Source: Candidatus Woesearchaeota archaeon
Lineage (GTDB): Archaea; Nanobdellota; Nanobdellia; Woesearchaeales; GW2011-AR15
Direction of reading: 5' to 3'
Assembly: GCA_038874655.1 (NCBI GenBank)
Contig: JAVZBY010000001.1
Span: 202,971 to 266,970, forward strand
DNA: 64,000 bases
Part shown: positions 27,603-37,996 of the stretch, in pieces
How the letters are laid out: each line of letters starts with the position of its first letter
Position numbering within the stretch: the stretch's first letter is position 1
The notes under the pieces: model-generated
What the model was told of the DNA's origin: nothing
The model's input: only the letters and a program-made list of their open reading frames with translations
The model's database searches: none
Position numbers and translations under genes: made by a program

Positions 27603-28592
27603 ATGCCAACTGTAAGACAACCAAGATCAGGATCAATGCAATTTTGGCCAAGAAAAAGAGCTAAAAGACATTATGCTAGAATTAGAACTTTTCCCAACAT
27701 AAATGAAAAAGGATTAGTTGCTTTTGCAGGATATAAAGTAGGAATGACACACATTATTGGAATAGAAACTAATAAAAATTCACATTATAAGGGTGAAGAG
27801 ATCTCTATTCCAGTTACTATAATAGAATGTCCTCCTTTAAGGATAGCCTCAATAAGGTTTTATAAAAAAGAGAATAATTGTCTTAATGTTAAAAAAGAAA
27901 TTTTTATAGGCACTTCTAAAGCATTGTCAAGAAAATTAAAATTAGCTAAAAATAAAAAAGATTTTGAAAAAGAGATTCAAAGTATTAATTTAAAAGATTA
28001 TGATGATATTAGAGTGGTAGTACATACACAACCAGAAAAAACATCTTTGGGTAAAAAGAAACCAGAACTTTTTGAAGTAGGATTAGGTGGCACTTTAGAG
28101 GATAAATTTAATTTTGTTAAAGAAAATAAGGATAAAGAGTTAATGGTTAATAGTTTTTTTAAAGAAGGGGAATCTGTTGATTTAAAGGCTATTACTAAAG
28201 GTAAAGGATTTCAAGGTCCAGTAAAAAGATTTGGTATTTCTTTAAGACAAGTTAAATCAGAAAAATCAATTAGAAACCCAGGTTCTTTAGGACCTTGGTG
28301 TGCACAAGGGCATATAATGTATAGAGTAGCACACGCTGGAAAAATGGGTTTTCACATGAGAACAGAATATAATAAACAAATAATGAAGATTATAGATGAA
28401 CCCAAAGAAATAACCCCAGTAGGCGGATTTTTAAATTATGGTAAAGTTAATTCACAAGTGATTTTAGTCAGAGGTTCTGTTGCTGGAGCTAGAAAAAGAT
28501 TAATTATTTTTGAAAAACCTGTTAGAAAATTTAGAAAAAAAGAATTACCAACAATACTAGAAATAGATATTTCAAGTAAACAAGGAAATTAA
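27603..28592 (+). CDS. rpl3: 50S ribosomal protein uL3
   Basis: PRSGSMQFWPRKRA, GYKVGMTH, TKGKGFQGPVKRFG. Confidence 0.97.
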   Translation: MPTVRQPRSGSMQFWPRKRAKRHYARIRTFPNINEKGLVAFAGYKVGMTHIIGIETNKNSHYKGEEISIPVTIIECPPLRIASIRFYKKENNCLNVKKEIFIGTSKALSRKLKLAKNKKDFEKEIQSINLKDYDDIRVVVHTQPEKTSLGKKKPELFEVGLGGTLEDKFNFVKENKDKELMVNSFFKEGESVDLKAITKGKGFQGPVKRFGISLRQVKSEKSIRNPGSLGPWCAQGHIMYRVAHAGKMGFHMRTEYNKQIMKIIDEPKEITPVGGFLNYGKVNSQVILVRGSVAGARKRLIIFEKPVRKFRKKELPTILEIDISSKQGN

Positions 28593-28627
28593 AAAATAAA
28601 TTAAAATTATTATTAAGGTTATTAAAA

Positions 28628-29554
28628 ATGAAAGCAATATTAAAATCAAAAACAGGAGAAAAAGAAATAGAATTACCCCTACAATTTAATGAGCCTATAA
28701 GACAAGATTTGATAAAAAGAGCTGTGTTAGCAATTCATTCACATAAAAGACAACCTTATGGGACAGATCCAGAGGCAGGAAAAAAACATTCTTCCAAATT
28801 ATCTAGAAGAAGAAGAGATTATAAAACAGCATATGGAATAGGAATTTCAAGGGTTCCTAGAAAAATTTTAAGTCATAGTGGTTCAAGATTTAATTGGGTA
28901 GCTGCAGCAGTGCCATATGCCGTTGGTGGAATGCAAGCACATCCTCCTAAAGCAGAGAAAAAATGGGCACAAAAAATTAATGATAAAGAAAGAAGAAAAG
29001 CGATTAGGTCAGCAATGGCAGCATCTGTTAATAAAGAATTAGTTTTAAAAAGAGGACATAAAATAAAAGAATTAAAATACCCCTTAGTTTTAGAAGATGA
29101 AATTGAAAATATTTCCAAAGCAAAGGAAGCTTTAGAAATGTTATTATCTCTAGGATTAGAAGATGAATTGAAAAGATGCTCAAAATATACTCAAAGATCA
29201 GGAAAAGCAACAACTAGAGGAAGGACCCAAAAATCAAGAAAAGGTCCATTAATAGTTGTTTCGAAAAAATGTAATTTAATGAAAGCAGTAAGAAACATTC
29301 CTGGTGTTGATGTTGTTGAAGTAAAAAATTTGAATGCTGAATTATTGGCTCCAGGAGCTGATATTGGTAGACTAACAGTATATACAAATGCAGCTATAGA
29401 ACTTTTGAAAAATGAGAATTTGTTTTTAGATAATAAATTAAAACTAGAAAATAAAATAATTTCAAAAGAAACAGAAGAAAAAAAGAAAAAAGAAACAACA
29501 AAAAATGAGAAAATAAAAAAGGAAACAAAGTCAAAAAAAATAAAGGAGAATTAA
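28628..29554 (+). CDS. rpl4: 50S ribosomal protein uL4
   Basis: GISRVPR, AHPPKAEK, LNAELLAPG. Confidence 0.97.
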   Translation: MKAILKSKTGEKEIELPLQFNEPIRQDLIKRAVLAIHSHKRQPYGTDPEAGKKHSSKLSRRRRDYKTAYGIGISRVPRKILSHSGSRFNWVAAAVPYAVGGMQAHPPKAEKKWAQKINDKERRKAIRSAMAASVNKELVLKRGHKIKELKYPLVLEDEIENISKAKEALEMLLSLGLEDELKRCSKYTQRSGKATTRGRTQKSRKGPLIVVSKKCNLMKAVRNIPGVDVVEVKNLNAELLAPGADIGRLTVYTNAAIELLKNENLFLDNKLKLENKIISKETEEKKKKETTKNEKIKKETKSKKIKEN

Positions 29555-29555
29555 A

Positions 29556-29810
29556 ATGTCAATAATTAAATATCCTCTATCAACAGAAAAAACAATTAGG
29601 TTAATGGAATCTAATAATACTTTGATTTTTGTAGTTGATAAAAAGGCAGACAAAAAATCAATAAAAGAAGAGTTAGAAAAATTGTATAATGTTAAAATTG
29701 AAAGTATAAACACAGTTATAGATACAAAAAAAAATAGAAAAAAAGCATATGTTAAATTTTCAAATGAAAGCCCTGCTATTGATTTAGCAACACAATTAGG
29801 CTTAATGTAA
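29556..29810 (+). CDS. rpl23: 50S ribosomal protein uL23
   Basis: YPLSTEK, KKAYVK, operon position. Confidence 0.95.
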   Translation: MSIIKYPLSTEKTIRLMESNNTLIFVVDKKADKKSIKEELEKLYNVKIESINTVIDTKKNRKKAYVKFSNESPAIDLATQLGLM

Positions 29811-29832
29811 AAAATATTAATGGTTAATTAAA

Positions 29833-30537
29833 ATGGGAAAAAACATAATTCAGCAAGCAAGAGGAAAAGGCTCTCCAACTTACAGAGCACCAAGTTTTAG
29901 ATATAAAGCTAAAGTTGAGTATCCTAATCAAGCGACCACAGGACAGATAGTTGATTTAGTAAAATGTAGAGGACATTCTGCACCATTAATAAAGGTTAAA
30001 TATGATTCAGGAGAAGAAAAGTTTATTGTTGCTCCTGAAGGAATAAAAGTAGGAGATAAAATTAATTTTGGAGAAAATGCTGAACCAAAAACAGGCAATA
30101 CTTTATATTTAAAAGATATTCCTGTCGGAACACCTATTTTTAATATAGAAATTAACCCAGGTGATGGTGGAAAATTTGTTAGAAGTGGAGGTTGTTTTGC
30201 AAAAATTATTTCAAAAAGAGAAAATGAAATTGTTGTAATGTTACCTTCAAAAAAAGAAAGAGTTTTTAATCCAAATTGTAGAGCAACAATAGGTGTAATT
30301 GCAAACTCCGGTAGAAAAGATAAACCTTTCTTGAAAGCAGGTAATAGATATTATTATATGAAAGCAAGAAATAAATTATATCCAAGAGTTAAAGGTCAAT
30401 CAATGAATGCTGTTGATCATCCACATGGTACTCATAGATCATCAAGAAAAGGTCAACCAACAATAGCAGATAAAAATGCTCCACCCGGAGCAAAAGTTGG
30501 TAAAATTAGACCAAGAAGAACAGGTATGCCTAGATAG
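29833..30537 (+). CDS. rpl2: 50S ribosomal protein uL2
   Basis: QARGKGSPTY, PGDGGKFVRS, MNAVDHPHG. Confidence 0.97.
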   Translation: MGKNIIQQARGKGSPTYRAPSFRYKAKVEYPNQATTGQIVDLVKCRGHSAPLIKVKYDSGEEKFIVAPEGIKVGDKINFGENAEPKTGNTLYLKDIPVGTPIFNIEINPGDGGKFVRSGGCFAKIISKRENEIVVMLPSKKERVFNPNCRATIGVIANSGRKDKPFLKAGNRYYYMKARNKLYPRVKGQSMNAVDHPHGTHRSSRKGQPTIADKNAPPGAKVGKIRPRRTGMPR

Positions 30538-30571
30538 GCTTATAATTAATAAATAATAATAAGGGTTTAAA

Positions 30572-30952
30572 ATGGCCAAAGAATTAACATACAAAGGAAA
30601 AACAATTGAAGAATTAAAAAAGATGACATTATCCGATTTTATGAATTTAATTCCTAGTAGAGTAAGAAGAAGTTTAAAAAGAGGTTTAACAGATGAACAA
30701 AAGAAATTAATGGAAAAAATAAAAAATAATGATAGTGATATAAAAACACATGCTCGTGATATGGTTATTATTCCAGAAATGTTAGGAAAAACAATAAAAG
30801 TGTATAATGGAAAAGAATATGTTCCAGTTATAATAACTGAAGAGATGTTAGGTCATTTTTTAGGTGAGTTTTCATTAACAAGAAAAAGAGTTATGCACAA
30901 CGCACCAGGTGTTGGTGCAACTAAGAGTAGTGCAAGTGTTTCAGTTAGATAA
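30572..30952 (+). CDS. rps19: 30S ribosomal protein uS19
   Basis: [22 protein letters not shown]. Confidence 0.97.
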   Translation: MAKELTYKGKTIEELKKMTLSDFMNLIPSRVRRSLKRGLTDEQKKLMEKIKNNDSDIKTHARDMVIIPEMLGKTIKVYNGKEYVPVIITEEMLGHFLGEFSLTRKRVMHNAPGVGATKSSASVSVR

Positions 30953-30965
30953 ATAAGGTGTTAAA

Positions 30966-31427
30966 ATGAAGTTTAAATATTCCTTTCAAGAAGAAGAAAA
31001 TGATAATATGGCTAAAGCTTATGGTAGAGATTTGTCTATTAGCACAAAAAAAGCAGTAGAAATTTGTAATTTTTTAAGAGGTAAAAAATTAGAATATGCA
31101 AAAAATTTTTTAAATAGAGTTATTGATTTAAAAGCAGCAGTTCCAATGAAGAGATATAATAGGGATACAGCACATAAGAAGGGAATAGGTCCAGGAAGAT
31201 TTCCGGTTAAAGCAGCAAAAGAAATTTTATTTGTTTTAAAAAGTGCAGAATCTAATGCAGTTAATAAAGGTTTAAGTTCAAAAGATTTATTTATTTATCA
31301 TATTGTTGCAAATAAAGCAGCAAGACCATGGCATTTTGGTAGAAAAAGAAGACAAAAAATGAAAAGAACACATGTTGAAGTTATATTACTAGAAAAAAAG
31401 GTTAATACAGAAAATAAAAAGGTATAA
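30966..31427 (+). CDS. rpl22: 50S ribosomal protein uL22
   Basis: ISTKKAVEIC, GRFPVKAA, SAESNA. Confidence 0.96.
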   Translation: MKFKYSFQEEENDNMAKAYGRDLSISTKKAVEICNFLRGKKLEYAKNFLNRVIDLKAAVPMKRYNRDTAHKKGIGPGRFPVKAAKEILFVLKSAESNAVNKGLSSKDLFIYHIVANKAARPWHFGRKRRQKMKRTHVEVILLEKKVNTENKKV

Positions 31428-31429
31428 AA

Positions 31430-32146
31430 ATGATAGAAAGAGATTTTATATCAAGAAATAAAACTGAGTATCAAATTCAAGAATTCGTAAAAGAAAATTT
31501 AAAAGGCGTAGGTTTAAGTCATGTTAAAGTACAAAGAACACCCTTAGGAGAAAAAATAGTTATTTATGCATCTAGACCTGGTTTGATCATAGGTGGTGGC
31601 GGAAATAACATAAAAAAGCTTACAAAGCAATTAAAGAAGAAATTTAATTTGGAGAATCCGCAAATAGAGATAAGTGAAATTACAGATGTTAATTTAATAG
31701 CAGCTGTTGTAGCAGAAAGAATTGCTATAGCATTAGAGAAATTCGGAACTATGAGATTTAAAGGAATTGGACATAAAGCAATGGCAGATGTAATGAATGC
31801 GGGTGCAAGAGGTGTAGAAATTATAATTTCAGGAAAAATACCAAGTGCAAGAGCTAGATCATGGAGGTTTTATCAAGGATATTTAAAAAAATGTGGACAA
31901 CCAGCATTGGATTTAGTAGATACAGCATATGCAATTGCAAAATTAAAATCAGGAATAGTAGGGATAAAAGTAAGTATAATGCCACCAAATGTTAGATTGC
32001 CTGATGATGTAGAATTAAAAGATGAACAAACATTAGTAATGCAAGAAGCAAAAACAGAAGAATTAGATAATTTAGCAGATAAAAAAACAGAAGAAAAAAT
32101 TGAAGAAGAAAAACCAAAAAAACAGAAAAGATCAAAAAAAGAATAA
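31430..32146 (+). CDS. rps3: 30S ribosomal protein uS3
   Basis: RPGLIIG KH domain, GARGVEIIISGK. Confidence 0.96.
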   Translation: MIERDFISRNKTEYQIQEFVKENLKGVGLSHVKVQRTPLGEKIVIYASRPGLIIGGGGNNIKKLTKQLKKKFNLENPQIEISEITDVNLIAAVVAERIAIALEKFGTMRFKGIGHKAMADVMNAGARGVEIIISGKIPSARARSWRFYQGYLKKCGQPALDLVDTAYAIAKLKSGIVGIKVSIMPPNVRLPDDVELKDEQTLVMQEAKTEELDNLADKKTEEKIEEEKPKKQKRSKKE

Positions 32147-32156
32147 AGTGTGAAAA

Positions 32157-32342
32157 ATGAAAACAAAGGATTTATTTTCAAAATCAAAAGAAGAACTAGA
32201 ATCACAATTAGTTGAATTAAAAAAGGAGTTGATTAAATTAAATGCTCAAGTTGCTACAGGAACAAATTTAAAAAGTCCTGGGCAAGTTAGTAAAATAAAA
32301 AAAAATATTGCTAAAATATTAACAGTATTAAAAAGAAAATGA
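32157..32342 (+). CDS. rpl29: 50S ribosomal protein uL29
   Basis: ELKKELIKL...IKKNIAKILT. Confidence 0.93.
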   Translation: MKTKDLFSKSKEELESQLVELKKELIKLNAQVATGTNLKSPGQVSKIKKNIAKILTVLKRK

Positions 32343-32650
32343 ATATATGTAATACATGTGGTTTGCCAAAAGAACTTTGTGTATGTGAAAATATAGCAAA
32401 AGAAACACAACAAGTAATTATAAAATTGGTAAAAAAGAAGTTTGGGAAAAAAAATACAGTTGTAGAAGGGATTGACGCTAAACAAATTGATGTGAAGGAT
32501 TTAACAAAAAAATTAAAGAATATGTTGGCATGCGGAGGAACATTTAAAGAGGGCAGAATTGAATTGCAGGGAGAGCATGTCAATAAAGTTAAAGAAGAAC
32601 TTATAAAACTTGGATTTCCTCCGGAAACAATCCAAGTTGTTTATGAATAG
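32339..32650 (+). CDS. Translation initiation factor aIF1/SUI1
   Basis: CGLPKELCVC, LACGGT, IELQGEH. Confidence 0.95.
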   Translation: MNICNTCGLPKELCVCENIAKETQQVIIKLVKKKFGKKNTVVEGIDAKQIDVKDLTKKLKNMLACGGTFKEGRIELQGEHVNKVKEELIKLGFPPETIQVVYE

Positions 32651-32667
32651 TTGTGTAATAAGTTGAT

Positions 32668-32883
32668 ATGTTTAAAGATATTATAATTGGTGAAAAAGTA
32701 ATAATCCTTTATAATAAAAAAAATTATGATGCAATTATAATTGACGAAACAAAAAATACATTAAAAGCATTAGTAAGGAATAAGAAACTTACATTTTTGA
32801 AAAAATCGTCAATTATAAAAATAAATAATAAAACCATTCATGGGAAAGATATATTAAAAAGACCTGAAGATAGGATAAAATAA
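32668..32883 (+). CDS. rnp1: Ribonuclease P protein subunit Rpp29 (compact)
   Basis: IIDETKNT, RPEDRIK; conserved position between SUI1 and S17. Confidence 0.85.
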   Translation: MFKDIIIGEKVIILYNKKNYDAIIIDETKNTLKALVRNKKLTFLKKSSIIKINNKTIHGKDILKRPEDRIK

Positions 32884-32884
32884 A

Positions 32885-33145
32885 ATGAAACAGACAAAAA
32901 TTAAAACAAGAGGAAGAACATTCATAGGCGAAGTTATCAGTGCAAAAGCACAAAGAACTGTTACTGTGCAATGGCTTAGAAGAGTTTATGTTCCTAAATA
33001 TGAGAGATATTATCAAAAAAAGAGTAAGGTAAAAGCACATAATCCTGACGAGATAAGTGCAAAAGAAGGAGATAAAGTAGTTATTAAAGAATGCAGACCT
33101 ATAAGTAAAACAAAAAAATTTGTTGTTGTTGAGGTTTTAAAATGA
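32885..33145 (+). CDS. rps17: 30S ribosomal protein uS17
   Basis: [21 protein letters not shown]. Confidence 0.96.
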   Translation: MKQTKIKTRGRTFIGEVISAKAQRTVTVQWLRRVYVPKYERYYQKKSKVKAHNPDEISAKEGDKVVIKECRPISKTKKFVVVEVLK

Positions 33146-33543
33146 AAGCAGTTAAAGCAAAAATAGTTAGAGGTTTGCCTGTTGGAGCAGAAATTCCAAC
33201 ATGTGATAATTCAGGAGCCAAAACAATAGAAATAATCTCTGTTTTAGGATACAAAGGAGTAAAAAGAAGGAAACCTGCTGCAGGCGTAGGAGATTTAGTT
33301 AGGGCAGCAGTTAAAAAAGGTAAACCAGATATGATGAAACAGATGGTTTATGCAATAATTGTAAGACAGAAAAAAGAATATAGAAGACCTAATGGTATGA
33401 GGGTTAAATTTGAAGATAATGCAGCAGTTGTTTTAAAAGATGATAAAGGTAATCCAAAAGGAACAATTTTTAAAGGACCTATAGCAAAAGAAGCCACAGA
33501 AAGATGGCCTGCTGTTGCAAAAGTGGCTAGCATAATATTATAA
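33142..33543 (+). CDS. rpl14: 50S ribosomal protein uL14
   Basis: [14 protein letters not shown]. Confidence 0.97.
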   Translation: MKAVKAKIVRGLPVGAEIPTCDNSGAKTIEIISVLGYKGVKRRKPAAGVGDLVRAAVKKGKPDMMKQMVYAIIVRQKKEYRRPNGMRVKFEDNAAVVLKDDKGNPKGTIFKGPIAKEATERWPAVAKVASIIL

Positions 33544-33560
33544 AAAAATAGTGAGGCAAA

Positions 33561-33929
33561 ATGTCAAATTTTTCAACATCATGGAAATCTAGTAAAAAAC
33601 CAAAAAAACAAAGAAAATTTTTGTTAAATGCACCTCTTCATGTAAGAAGCAAGTTTTTAAGAGCACATTTATCAGACGAACTTATAAAAAAAATAGGTAA
33701 AAAGACATTACGAGTAAGAAAAGAAGATAAAGTCAAAGTGATGAAGGGACAATTTAAAGGAATTGTTGGAAAAGTGGAAAGAGTTGACACCAAAAAGTCA
33801 AAGGTTTATATTACAGGAGTTGAAATACAAAAGAAAGATGGTACTAAAGTTAAGTATCCTATACATGTATCTAACATAATGATAACTGAACTTTACACAT
33901 CAGATAAACAAAGAATAAAAAAAGATTAA
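33561..33929 (+). CDS. rpl24: 50S ribosomal protein uL24
   Basis: PKKQRK, APLH, KOW motif, IHVSN. Confidence 0.95.
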   Translation: MSNFSTSWKSSKKPKKQRKFLLNAPLHVRSKFLRAHLSDELIKKIGKKTLRVRKEDKVKVMKGQFKGIVGKVERVDTKKSKVYITGVEIQKKDGTKVKYPIHVSNIMITELYTSDKQRIKKD

Positions 33930-33940
33930 GAGGATAAAAG

Positions 33941-34630
33941 ATGAAAAGACATCTAAAAGCAATTACTGTTCCTAAAACATGGCCAATAAAAAGAAAAGGT
34001 ATAAAATTTGTAGTTAGACCTTTTCCAAGTAAGAAATTTAGTTATAGTATGCCCTTATCTTTAGTTTTTAAGGCATTATTGAAATATTGTAAAACAAATA
34101 AAGAAGTTAAGACTATTTTAAGAGATAAAGAAATATTAGTTGATGGAAGAAGAAAAAAAGATATTAAAGATTTATTAGGTTTTATGGATGTTTTATCAAT
34201 TCCTGTAGCAAATGAAAATTACAGGATGTTATTAAATCGTTTTAATAAATTGTCTTTAATACAAATAGATGATCAAGAATCTAAGTTTAAAATTGTTAAG
34301 ATAATTGGTAAAACAACATTAAAAAATGGAAAAATGCAATTAAATTTGTTTGATAGTAGAAATATTTTAGTTGATAATAACGATGAATATAAAGTTGGAG
34401 ATTCGTTGAAAATTGAATTACCAAGTCAAAAAATATTAGCGCATTATAAATTAGATAAAGGAGCATATGTCTATATTATTTCAGGGAAACACGCAGGTAG
34501 TTATGGTGTTATATCTAAATTAGATAATAATAATTTTTATGTTAAATCAAATGACGAAGAATATTTAGTTAATAAAGAAAGCCTTTATGTCATAGGCAAA
34601 GAAAAATCAGAAATAAAACTTATTGAATAA
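33941..34630 (+). CDS. rps4e: 30S ribosomal protein eS4
   Basis: HLKAITVPKTWPIKRK, GFMDVLSI, GKHAG. Confidence 0.95.
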   Translation: MKRHLKAITVPKTWPIKRKGIKFVVRPFPSKKFSYSMPLSLVFKALLKYCKTNKEVKTILRDKEILVDGRRKKDIKDLLGFMDVLSIPVANENYRMLLNRFNKLSLIQIDDQESKFKIVKIIGKTTLKNGKMQLNLFDSRNILVDNNDEYKVGDSLKIELPSQKILAHYKLDKGAYVYIISGKHAGSYGVISKLDNNNFYVKSNDEEYLVNKESLYVIGKEKSEIKLIE

Positions 34631-34641
34631 GTGATGATTAA

Positions 34642-35154
34642 ATGAATCCAATGAAACAAATAAAAATTGAAAAACTTACTTTTAATGTAGGTGCAGGTAC
34701 AAACCAAGAATTGTTAAAAAAAGGAATGAAATTAATTAAAAATTTAACTGGGAAAGAACCAGTTAAAACAATTACTAATAAAAGAATTCCAACATGGGGT
34801 ATTAGACCTGGTTTGCCAATTGGTTGTAAATTGACAATTAGAAATAAAGAGGAAATTGATAACTTACTAAAAAGATTGTTAGCTGCAAAGGAAAATAAAT
34901 TAAAAAGGAGTAATTTTGACAAAGATGGTAATTTATCCTTTGGGATCCATGAATATATAAATGTTCCTGGATTGGAGTATGATGCAGAAATTGGAATTAT
35001 AGGATTTGAAGTAACAGCAACTGTTTCCAGGCCAGGATATAGGGTTAAATATAGAAGAAAATGTCCATCAAAAATAGGAAAAAAACATAAAATTACAAAA
35101 GAAGAGAGCATAGCTTTTTTTAAAGAAAGATATAATGTTATTGTGGAGGAATAA
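34642..35154 (+). CDS. rpl5: 50S ribosomal protein uL5
   Basis: NPMKQIKIEK, WGIRPG, GNLSFGI. Confidence 0.96.
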   Translation: MNPMKQIKIEKLTFNVGAGTNQELLKKGMKLIKNLTGKEPVKTITNKRIPTWGIRPGLPIGCKLTIRNKEEIDNLLKRLLAAKENKLKRSNFDKDGNLSFGIHEYINVPGLEYDAEIGIIGFEVTATVSRPGYRVKYRRKCPSKIGKKHKITKEESIAFFKERYNVIVEE

Positions 35155-35156
35155 TT

Positions 35157-35393
35157 ATGACAACATCTGATCCTAATAAGATGCTTAAACAGCTATCAAA
35201 AAAACCTCAAAAAATGAAAAGATTTAGAAAGTATAATTTACCAAAACAAAGGTCTTGTGGAAGGCAAACATCAAAATGTATAAGATGTGGTAGAACAGGT
35301 GTTGGTGGTTTTGTAGGACAATATAATTTAAGATATTGTAGGTGCTGTTTTAGAGAAATAGCTACTGAAATAGGTTTTAAGAAGTATAATTAA
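35157..35393 (+). CDS. rps14: 30S ribosomal protein uS14 (Zn-binding, N-terminally extended)
   Basis: CIRCG...CRCCFRE...GFKKY. Confidence 0.93.
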   Translation: MTTSDPNKMLKQLSKKPQKMKRFRKYNLPKQRSCGRQTSKCIRCGRTGVGGFVGQYNLRYCRCCFREIATEIGFKKYN

Positions 35394-35406
35394 AAAGGTT
35401 GTTAAA

Positions 35407-35799
35407 ATGGTATTAAATGATCCCTTATCAAATGTGCTTTCAAGCATTAATACAGCAGAAAAGAAAGGTAAAAAGGTTGTTTTTGTTAAGAATAACTCCA
35501 AATTAATTAGAAATGTGTTAAACATAATGACAAAAAATAATTATTTGGGAGAAGTTAAAGAGCACAAAGATGATAAAGGTGGTTATTTAGAAATAAACTT
35601 GATAGGAAATATTAATAGTGTAGGTGTTATAAAACCTAGATATAAATCAAAAGTTGAAGAATATAAAAAATTTGAAAAGAGATATCTGCCAGCTTTTGGG
35701 TTTGGTTTTTTAATTGTTTCAACAAATAAAGGTTTAATGACACATGAAGAAGCAATTAAAAATAATTTAGGAGGAAGATTAATAGCATATGTTTATTGA
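35407..35799 (+). CDS. rps8: 30S ribosomal protein uS8
   Basis: DPLSN, IKPR, YLPA, STNKGLMTH, GGRLIAYVY. Confidence 0.97.
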   Translation: MVLNDPLSNVLSSINTAEKKGKKVVFVKNNSKLIRNVLNIMTKNNYLGEVKEHKDDKGGYLEINLIGNINSVGVIKPRYKSKVEEYKKFEKRYLPAFGFGFLIVSTNKGLMTHEEAIKNNLGGRLIAYVY

Positions 35800-35832
35800 T
35801 TATTATTAATTTTTATATTTAAAGGGTTAAAA

Positions 35833-36378
35833 ATGGTAAAAAAAGATTTACATGAAATTGTAAAAATTCCACAAGGTATAAATGTTAGTAAAGAAGGAGA
35901 TTTTTTTATATTTAAAAATCAAAAATCCACAATAAAAAAGAAATTTATTAATCCAAGAATAAAAATTGATATAAAAAATGGAGAGATAGAATTATTTTGT
36001 AAATCTGCAGATAAAAAGGATAAGGCAACCTTTCAATCATATATAGTACATTTAAACAATATTTTTGCTGGTTTAAAAGAACCATATAAATACACATTAA
36101 AAGTTTGTTCAGGTCATTTTCCAATGAATGTAAGTATTGTTAATGGTGTTTTGATTGTTAAAAACTTTTTAGGAGAAAAAATTCCAAGACAATTAAAGTT
36201 AAAAGAGAATGTAAATGTTAAAGTTGATGGAAATTTAATTTATGTTGAAAGTCCAGATAAAGAGTTAGCAGGTCAGGTAGCTGCAGATATAGAAAGAGTT
36301 ACTAGAAGACCTGGCTTTGATAGAAGAATATTTCAAGATGGTATTTATATAATTGAAAAAGCAGGTAAAGAAATTTAG
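35833..36378 (+). CDS. rpl6: 50S ribosomal protein uL6
   Basis: HFPM, NFLGEK, DRRIFQDGIYI. Confidence 0.96.
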   Translation: MVKKDLHEIVKIPQGINVSKEGDFFIFKNQKSTIKKKFINPRIKIDIKNGEIELFCKSADKKDKATFQSYIVHLNNIFAGLKEPYKYTLKVCSGHFPMNVSIVNGVLIVKNFLGEKIPRQLKLKENVNVKVDGNLIYVESPDKELAGQVAADIERVTRRPGFDRRIFQDGIYIIEKAGKEI

Positions 36379-36428
36379 TTTTAAAAATAATTATATGATA
36401 CTGATTTTATAAATAATGGAGACCTAAA

Positions 36429-36986
36429 ATGGATAAAAAATTATTAGACTTTAAAAATAAAAAAAAATCAAAAAATCCTAAGTTTATTAGGCAAGATGCT
36501 TATAAAAAAAAGAGAATCACACTCGGTTGGAGAAAACCTAGGGGTTGGGATTCAAAACAAAGAAAGAGAATGCAGAGACAAGCAATAGTTGAACCAGGTT
36601 ATGGAAGTCCAAAAGAGTTAAGAGGAGTACATAAATCAGGATTAAAAATAGTTTATGTGTCAAATTTAGAAGATATTAAAAAAATAAACCCTAAAGAAGA
36701 AGGGGTAATTTTAAGTAAAGTTGGTTTGAAGAAAAAATTGATGCTTATTGAAGAATTAATAAAAAACAATATTACAATCTTAAATATAAAAGAACCTCAG
36801 AAATATTTAGAATTGAAGAAAAAACAGTTAGAAGATAAAAAGAAAAAAAGTGAGGAAAAGAAAGAAAAAACAAAAGAAACAAAACCAGAGTCAAAAAAAG
36901 AATCTATAGAAGAAAAATTAAGTGATGAGGAAAGAAAAAAATTAGAGAAAGAAGAAATAGATAGATTATTAACAAAGAAATTTTAA
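36429..36986 (+). CDS. rpl32e: 50S ribosomal protein eL32 with charged C-terminal extension
   Basis: PKFIRQD, WRKPRG, GYGSP. Confidence 0.94.
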   Translation: MDKKLLDFKNKKKSKNPKFIRQDAYKKKRITLGWRKPRGWDSKQRKRMQRQAIVEPGYGSPKELRGVHKSGLKIVYVSNLEDIKKINPKEEGVILSKVGLKKKLMLIEELIKNNITILNIKEPQKYLELKKKQLEDKKKKSEEKKEKTKETKPESKKESIEEKLSDEERKKLEKEEIDRLLTKKF

Positions 36987-37029
36987 TTTTGATAAAATTT
37001 TAAAAATGATTATGAGATGATGATGTAAA

Positions 37030-37479
37030 ATGAAACCAATTCAAAAAAGATTAGCAGCAAAGATTACAAAAAGATCAGTAAAAAAAATTAAATTTGATCC
37101 TTTAAAAATTAATAAAATAAAAGAAGCAATTACAAGAGCAGATGTTAAATCTTTAATAAAGGATAATGCAATTATTATTGAAAAAGATAAAGGAATCTCA
37201 AAAGCAAGGATAAGAAAAGCAAAAAAACAAAGAGCAAAAGGTAGAAGAATAGGGCCCGGTTCAAGAAAAGGAAAAGCTACAGCGAGAAATAATCCAAAAA
37301 GGGCGTGGATAAATAAAATGAGATTGCAAAGAAGTTTTTTAAAAAATTTAAAAGAAAAAGGTAAAATAACAAATGATGTTTATAAAGATTTATATTTAAA
37401 ATCAAAAGGTGGATTTTTTAGAAGCAAAAGACATATTAAATTATATTTAACTGAGAAAAAATTAATAAAGACTGATTAA
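37030..37479 (+). CDS. rpl19e: 50S ribosomal protein eL19
   Basis: QKRLAA, AITRADV, GPGSRKG, KGGFF. Confidence 0.96.
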   Translation: MKPIQKRLAAKITKRSVKKIKFDPLKINKIKEAITRADVKSLIKDNAIIIEKDKGISKARIRKAKKQRAKGRRIGPGSRKGKATARNNPKRAWINKMRLQRSFLKNLKEKGKITNDVYKDLYLKSKGGFFRSKRHIKLYLTEKKLIKTD

Positions 37480-37480
37480 A

Positions 37481-37975
37481 ATGAGAAAAAAATTATATAC
37501 TGTTCCTTATAGAAGAAAAAGAGAAGGGAAAACAGATTATAGAAAGAGATTAATAATTTTAAAATCTAAATTGCCTAGATTAGTTATTAGAAAATCTAAT
37601 AAGCATATGTTAGCTCAGATCATAGTTTTTAATGAAACAGGAGATAAAGTTTTGTATTCAGCAAATACAAAAGAATTAAATAAATATGGTTGGGATAAAA
37701 GTACAAGTAATATTCCAAGTGCTTATTTAGTTGGATTATTAATAGCAAAAAAGGCATTAAAAGATAATGACGAGCTAGAGGTTGTTGTAGATTTAGGATT
37801 ACAAGCACCAATAAAGGGTTCAAAATTATTTGCTGTTGTTAAAGGTGCATCAGATGGTGGTTTAAAAATAAATTATTCAGAAGAAGTTGTTCCAAAAGAA
37901 GAAAGATTATTTGGAGAACATATATCTCTAAAAGATTTAGTATTGAAAGTTAAAGATAAAATCTTAAATCAATAA
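37481..37975 (+). CDS. rpl18: 50S ribosomal protein uL18
   Basis: RRKREGKTDY, RLVIRKSN, AYLVG. Confidence 0.96.
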   Translation: MRKKLYTVPYRRKREGKTDYRKRLIILKSKLPRLVIRKSNKHMLAQIIVFNETGDKVLYSANTKELNKYGWDKSTSNIPSAYLVGLLIAKKALKDNDELEVVVDLGLQAPIKGSKLFAVVKGASDGGLKINYSEEVVPKEERLFGEHISLKDLVLKVKDKILNQ

Positions 37976-37996
37976 AAATTTAATTGAATGATAAAA